Shown here: positions 34,203 through 34,942 of the stretch, piece by piece
Position numbering within the stretch: the stretch's first letter is position 1
How the letters are laid out: the number at the start of each line of letters is the position of its first letter
Assembly: GCA_016937995.1 (NCBI GenBank)
Contig: JAFGVM010000081.1
Span: 1 to 34,942, forward strand
Length of the DNA: 34,942 bases
DNA from: Candidatus Delongbacteria bacterium
Lineage (GTDB): Bacteria; UBA4055
Direction of reading: 5' to 3'
Notes under the pieces: generated by a model
What the model saw: only the letters and a program-made list of their open reading frames with translations
What the model was told of the DNA's origin: nothing
The model's database searches: none
Program-made: the position numbers and the translations under genes

Positions 34203-34942
34203 ATTTTTTCTTCTATCAACTCTTCTAATATCCTTATTCTGTCCCTGTATTCAGCTGCTCTTTCAAATTCAAGGTTCTCAGCTGCTTCCATCATTAAAGC
34301 TTCCAGCTCAATAATTTCATTCCTTGCTTCATTTAATTCCTTGTAAGCAGCTTTCACTTCTTTAACCTTTTCAAGTTGTTCGTCATCCTGCATTTGAGTT
34401 TGTTTAAGAATATCCTCAGTGGATTTGTAAATAGTTTTAGGTGTTATGTTATACTTTTTGTTGTACTCGATTTGAACCTGTCTTCTTCTGTCAGTTTCAG
34501 ATATACAATTTTCCATTGACTGAGTTACTTTGTCAGCATAAAAAATAACTCTTCCATTAACGTTCCTTGCAGCCCTGCCTGAGGTCTGGAGCAATGATCT
34601 TCTGTCCCTGAGAAATCCTTCTCTATCAGCATCGAGAATGCCTATCAAAGAAACTTCCGGAAGATCAAGTCCCTCTCTCAAAAGATTTATGCCTACAAGA
34701 ACATCAAACTTCCCGAGCCTAAGTTCTCTGATAAGCCTTACTCTGTCCAGAGAACTTATTTCACTGTGTAGATATCTTGCCCTGACACCGTTCTCTTTTA
34801 GATACGTTGTAAGATCTTCAGCCATTCTTTTCGTAAGAGTGGTAATGAGTACTTTTTCTTTATTATCAGTTGTTTTCTTTATTTCCTCCATCAGATCATC
34901 GATCTGACCTTTAGAAGATCTTACCTCTATCATTGGGTCCAA
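34199..34942 (-). CDS. uvrB: Excinuclease ABC subunit B, C-terminal part (5' end outside window)
   Basis: [47 protein letters not shown] domain [15 protein letters not shown]. Confidence 0.98.
   Translation of the reverse strand: MDPMIEVRSSKGQIDDLMEEIKKTTDNKEKVLITTLTKRMAEDLTTYLKENGVRARYLHSEISSLDRVRLIRELRLGKFDVLVGINLLREGLDLPEVSLIGILDADREGFLRDRRSLLQTSGRAARNVNGRVIFYADKVTQSMENCISETDRRRQVQIEYNKKYNITPKTIYKSTEDILKQTQMQDDEQLEKVKEVKAAYKELNEARNEIIELEALMMEAAENLEFERAAEYRDRIRILEELIEEKI

Overview
AT-rich, mostly housekeeping stretch of a diderm bacterial chromosome. A T9SS-type C-terminal domain, a triple parvulin/SurA cluster and bamD-nadD linkage point to the FCB superphylum outside Bacteroidia, because promoters look like canonical sigma70 (TTGnnn-N17-TATATT) and Shine-Dalgarno motifs are used; a Ca. 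Delongbacteria/Ignavibacteria-like lineage is an unverified impression. Gene order: ankyrin lipoprotein (possibly cut by a mobile-element end at the window edge), tyrS <> glnS, envelope-biogenesis operon (3 PPIases, 932-aa beta-propeller/coiled-coil protein, bamD, nadD, membrane protein), TolC, M20 amidohydrolase, small secreted Ig-like protein ending TWGSIKAMFR, ruvB-queA, FGE-domain and SPFH proteins, rpmE, DUF1385, beta-barrel, M29 aminopeptidase, YjbH-like barrel, an orphan GlmL/MutL-family ATPase with an unknown partner, a T9SS cargo protein, radical SAM, thpR and partial uvrB. No rRNA, tRNA, CRISPR or transposase was seen. Best leads: the GlmL-like two-gene module without mutase subunits, the 932-aa protein with a hidden ~73-aa repeat, the TWGSIK C-terminal motif, three REP-like hairpins bracketing two genes, and an (AT)7 tract in a promoter spacer. 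All calls come from motif recognition by eye; no searches were run.
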